Shown: positions 16,079-18,998 of the stretch, one piece after another | Layout: each line of letters starts with the position of its first letter | How positions within the stretch are numbered: position 1 is the stretch's first letter | Assembly (NCBI GenBank): GCA_039818205.1 | Contig: JBCBUK010000031.1 | Span: forward strand, 1 to 18,998 | Direction: 5' to 3' | From: Verrucomicrobiota bacterium | Lineage (GTDB): Bacteria; Verrucomicrobiota; Verrucomicrobiia; Opitutales; Cerasicoccaceae | Length of the DNA: 18,998 nt | Position numbers and translations under genes: made by a program | The notes under the pieces: generated by a model | Seen by the model: the letters and a program-made list of their open reading frames with translations, nothing else | Databases searched by the model: none | Told to the model about the DNA's origin: nothing

Positions 16079-16596
16079 TGCATCCCTTGGCGCAGATCGT
16101 TCGGCATTTGCTTTGCCTAGCAAAGCACTACTACCGGGCGAAGCGCAAGGGAGCCCGCATCCACCCAGAAACTCTCAAATTCTATCTGTCAGGTATTAAA
16201 CGAGCTATGTCGGAAGAAGGAAAGCCCATCAGCGTAAAACAAATCACAGTCCCACTCCTACTTGTGCTGGCCGTTATTGGCTTTATAGCGACCATTTATC
16301 TGGAGAACTTTTCTTTGAAAAGGGATAAGGCCGTTGGCGAAATCGTCAAGGAAGCCCTTGGCCCGCTCGAGTCCAAGATCGACAGCACGAATGCACAGCA
16401 AGTGTTGGTGAACCAAAAAGTTGATCACCTCACTGATGCTTTTCTGGATACTCGTTGGACGCCAGAGCATGAGCGATTGAAAGACGAGTGGAGTCGAAAG
16501 GTTTGGGAAAGTGATCCTGACCTTTCCAAGTTCGAATGGCCGTTCGCGGATGCGGCGATCGTGAAAGAAGAAATCCGTCGCCGAAAGGAGGATTGA
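16078..16596 (+). CDS. single-pass membrane protein with a coiled coil (holin- or i-spanin-like; alternative start 16207)
   Basis: TM segment ITVPLLLVLAVIGFIATIYL (16243-16302), then a heptad-like stretch (LESKIDSTNAQQVLVNQKVDHLTD) and a charged C-terminus. TAATG overlap at 16076-16080. Confidence 0.65.
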   Translation: MHPLAQIVRHLLCLAKHYYRAKRKGARIHPETLKFYLSGIKRAMSEEGKPISVKQITVPLLLVLAVIGFIATIYLENFSLKRDKAVGEIVKEALGPLESKIDSTNAQQVLVNQKVDHLTDAFLDTRWTPEHERLKDEWSRKVWESDPDLSKFEWPFADAAIVKEEIRRRKED

Positions 16597-18998
16597 ATGG
16601 CTGGCACAAAGGTTAGTGAGAAGAGCGATGTCGGATCCCTAAACGGAGACGAGGAGCTATACATAGTCCAGCAATCGACCGGCCGCAAGGTATCGGTGAA
16701 TAAGCTTTCGGAGCATGCGGAAACGGTTGTAGATCCTCGCCTGGCAGCAACTGAATCGCATGTAGTATCCACCGGGAACCCGCATGGAACAACGAAAGAC
16801 GATATTTCATTGGGTAATGTCGATAATACCGCCGATGTCGAGAAACCCGTGTCGGTTCCTCAACAAGCGGTTTTAGACGCTAAGGTCAATGTATCCGGAA
16901 ACAATCTCGATAATGAATCGATCAACGAACACAATCTTGATGCCAGTTCTCAGGCAAAGCTAAACGCAAACGATGGTGCATTTCAGGGCTACCATGATTG
17001 TACCGGATCTGCACCATCCACAGCGAGTCTTGTTGCTAACAAGGACTATTACCGTGTTCTTGTTCCTGGCAATGGATTCACTGCAACTGACCGGATGGTC
17101 TTCAATGGCGGGGCGGCAGGTGACTATACCGATTTTACTGCTGTAGCGGATTCTGCGCCTTTGCCCGCCGATAAATCGATATCTCAGGCCAAACTGGATG
17201 TGAATATTACGAGACGTTGGGACAGCGCGATCGATGATATTTGGACCGGAAGCATCTCCAATCCCACGGCGACAAGCTTTGATGTTACAGCGGGAGTATC
17301 TCAAGTTGCTCGCTACTTCTTCGATGTGTTCGAAGGTCAGATTGTGAGGCTTAGCTTTAACGCTACTTCGTTGGTAGGGCTAAGTTCGCTGACATTAAGG
17401 GAAAGCAATCTTTCAACCGTCATGGGGGACAAGAATTTTGGCCTCAATGATCTGCTAGTCGGTGATAACACAATCGAGTTTGTTGCCCAGAAGGACCAAT
17501 CCGGCGCCTGCGTAATTTTCACATACGGTGCATCGAATACCGGCGGAACAGTTACCGGAACAAGCATTCAAGTCTACGGAGATGACGACACAGAATCTCG
17601 CGAGACTCGCAATGACCGGTCTGACGTGGATTCGATCGGGGCTCTATGGGGAGGGCGTTCGTTTCGGACAACTAGGTTCCTGCGCTCAGGGGACGTTGCA
17701 AACGCTCTTTCCGACGGTTTCACGGTTCCCGCGAATGAAAACTCCACGGGCTTTTATGGGAATTTCACCGTTGCCGTTGGGCAGAAGGTAACCCTGACCT
17801 TTGATTGTGACGACGGATCGGCAATTAGTCAGACAAGGCTTTCCGAGCTCGACGGAACCGTTGCATCAAACCAAGTCCTGAGCGGCTTCGTGACGGGAAG
17901 CAATACTGTTGAACTAACCTCGATTTTCGCTGGGGAAGTTCGCGTGCAATTCGTAGTCGCTGCGGGCGGTTCGAATGTGAATATCACGAATTTTAGATGT
18001 TTTATTCATGGGGTTAGTGAATCTCGCGTCGACATTCTCGAATCGACCGTAACGGCTAATGGTGCGAGTATTGCCGATCATGAGACTCGAATTTCTACGC
18101 TGGAAACTCAAGGGGCATCCGAGACCCGAGTTGATGGCTTAGAGGTGAGGATAACGGACCTCGAGGGGCTTTTTGACCAAGTTGACCATCTCGCATATTT
18201 CTCCACAATTCGCGGCTCTTTCTCGGATGGTAGCAGCGCCGTTGCTACAATGCCGGCATTGGACTTTGGCACTAAGGATCACTCGGTATCCGTGATCTGC
18301 GCGCGCCCGGCTCATAATTCTATCATTTGGTCCAACGTAAGCGGCAATCTCGGAGAGCAGCTTTGGTGGAACGGGGACGGGACATTTACTCTGAAGATCG
18401 GAAACGGTGCCAATCTTACAACCCACGTTTTTACGACCGTTAATCGAGCGCATGTATCGGTAGGAGAATTGGTTCGAGTTTTCATTACCATTCGGCGTTC
18501 AGGCGATATGGTGGTCTACATCAATGAAGTTCCGCTCCACGCGACTGACGGTACTATCGAGTTTCTTGATATTTCTAGCGCTTCTGCTCAAACGGTTTCG
18601 AGTGGTGCAATTTGGAATTTCGGATCCGATGGGACTAACCACTACCCAGCGATGTTGCTAGGTCTTGCGACCTTCGAGGAGGGGGCACCTCCATTTTCCG
18701 AGGTAGTTCGCCGAAAGAAAAATCCAGCTCTATGGCGGTCGACTGTTTATCGTTCGAAGTTAATCTTGGACGACTTCAACTGGGATGATATGAGCAGTCC
18801 GAATGCTGTATTGACAAACAACGTTGACGGTCAAGCGGGCGAGGATGACTGGGTGCAATTGGCACTCGAAGGCGATAGCGACAACACAACGCATTATCTC
18901 AATATGGCCTCGAGTGACGCTTGGTTTGACAGCGTTGAAAATGGCGATGATTTGCGGATTGAACTATTGGTCTATGCTCCTGATTCGAATACGCTGGT
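16597..18998 (+). CDS. tail fibre / receptor-binding protein, truncated at the window end (>=800 codons)
   Basis: Manual translation of frame 1 shows no stop from ATG 16597 to the end. SD AAGGAGG lies just upstream. Contains the fibre motif H….NPHGTTKDDISLGNVDNTADVEKPVS..QQ..LD.K, two beta-sandwich repeats, a coiled coil and a LamG-like domain. Confidence 0.88.
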   Translation, partial: MAGTKVSEKSDVGSLNGDEELYIVQQSTGRKVSVNKLSEHAETVVDPRLAATESHVVSTGNPHGTTKDDISLGNVDNTADVEKPVSVPQQAVLDAKVNVSGNNLDNESINEHNLDASSQAKLNANDGAFQGYHDCTGSAPSTASLVANKDYYRVLVPGNGFTATDRMVFNGGAAGDYTDFTAVADSAPLPADKSISQAKLDVNITRRWDSAIDDIWTGSISNPTATSFDVTAGVSQVARYFFDVFEGQIVRLSFNATSLVGLSSLTLRESNLSTVMGDKNFGLNDLLVGDNTIEFVAQKDQSGACVIFTYGASNTGGTVTGTSIQVYGDDDTESRETRNDRSDVDSIGALWGGRSFRTTRFLRSGDVANALSDGFTVPANENSTGFYGNFTVAVGQKVTLTFDCDDGSAISQTRLSELDGTVASNQVLSGFVTGSNTVELTSIFAGEVRVQFVVAAGGSNVNITNFRCFIHGVSESRVDILESTVTANGASIADHETRISTLETQGASETRVDGLEVRITDLEGLFDQVDHLAYFSTIRGSFSDGSSAVATMPALDFGTKDHSVSVICARPAHNSIIWSNVSGNLGEQLWWNGDGTFTLKIGNGANLTTHVFTTVNRAHVSVGELVRVFITIRRSGDMVVYINEVPLHATDGTIEFLDISSASAQTVSSGAIWNFGSDGTNHYPAMLLGLATFEEGAPPFSEVVRRKKNPALWRSTVYRSKLILDDFNWDDMSSPNAVLTNNVDGQAGEDDWVQLALEGDSDNTTHYLNMASSDAWFDSVENGDDLRIELLVYAPDSNTL

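Larger units (their letters stand above)
1..18998 (+). mobile_element. tailed bacteriophage/prophage segment (replication, packaging, head and start of tail modules)
   Basis: Collinear primase-helicase, terminase, portal, scaffold, capsid, adaptor and fibre genes. No host housekeeping genes. Confidence 0.95.

Noticed and set aside
1..18998. Stop-codon reassignment (TAG or TGA recoding)
   Set aside because: Genes are full length under the standard code, coding density is high, TGA is repeatedly used in ATGA/GTGA overlaps, and TAG ends intact genes.
16597..18998. Diversity-generating retroelement or invertible cassette in the fibre gene
   Set aside because: No reverse transcriptase, invertase or nucleotide-level TR/VR repeat pair was seen. 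The fibre C-terminus lies outside the window, so this cannot be excluded for the full genome.

Overview
This window is a fragment of a tailed dsDNA phage (Caudoviricetes) or prophage, and every supportable gene is on the + strand. The genes are tightly coupled by ATGA/GTGA/TGATG/TAATG overlaps. Order: MazG-like NTP pyrophosphohydrolase, T7 gp4/Twinkle-type primase-helicase, DHH/DHHA1 phosphoesterase, terminase large subunit, 78-aa putative HTH protein, portal, small post-portal protein, a 177-bp structured intergenic region, acidic scaffold, major capsid (SU10/DUF5309-like), decoration-like protein, hypothetical protein, head-tail adaptor with two CBM5/12-like inserts, a beta-rich structural protein, a four-gene envelope-related block (DUF1353-like protein, anchorless Ser-His S26-type peptidase, lipoprotein, single-TM coiled-coil protein), and a >800-codon tail fibre ORF (16597 to window end) that the ORF track omits. 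The organisation looks podovirus-like. No tape measure, integrase, tRNA or CRISPR array is visible. The two best candidates for undescribed biology are (i) the control region before the scaffold gene (five 10-bp phased direct repeats, two hairpins, an alternative pairing that hides the SD and start codon, and a 10-codon uORF), possibly read by the 78-aa HTH protein, and (ii) the DUF1353-peptidase-lipoprotein-TM cassette inside the virion genes. All family assignments come from motif recognition by eye; no database searches were run.
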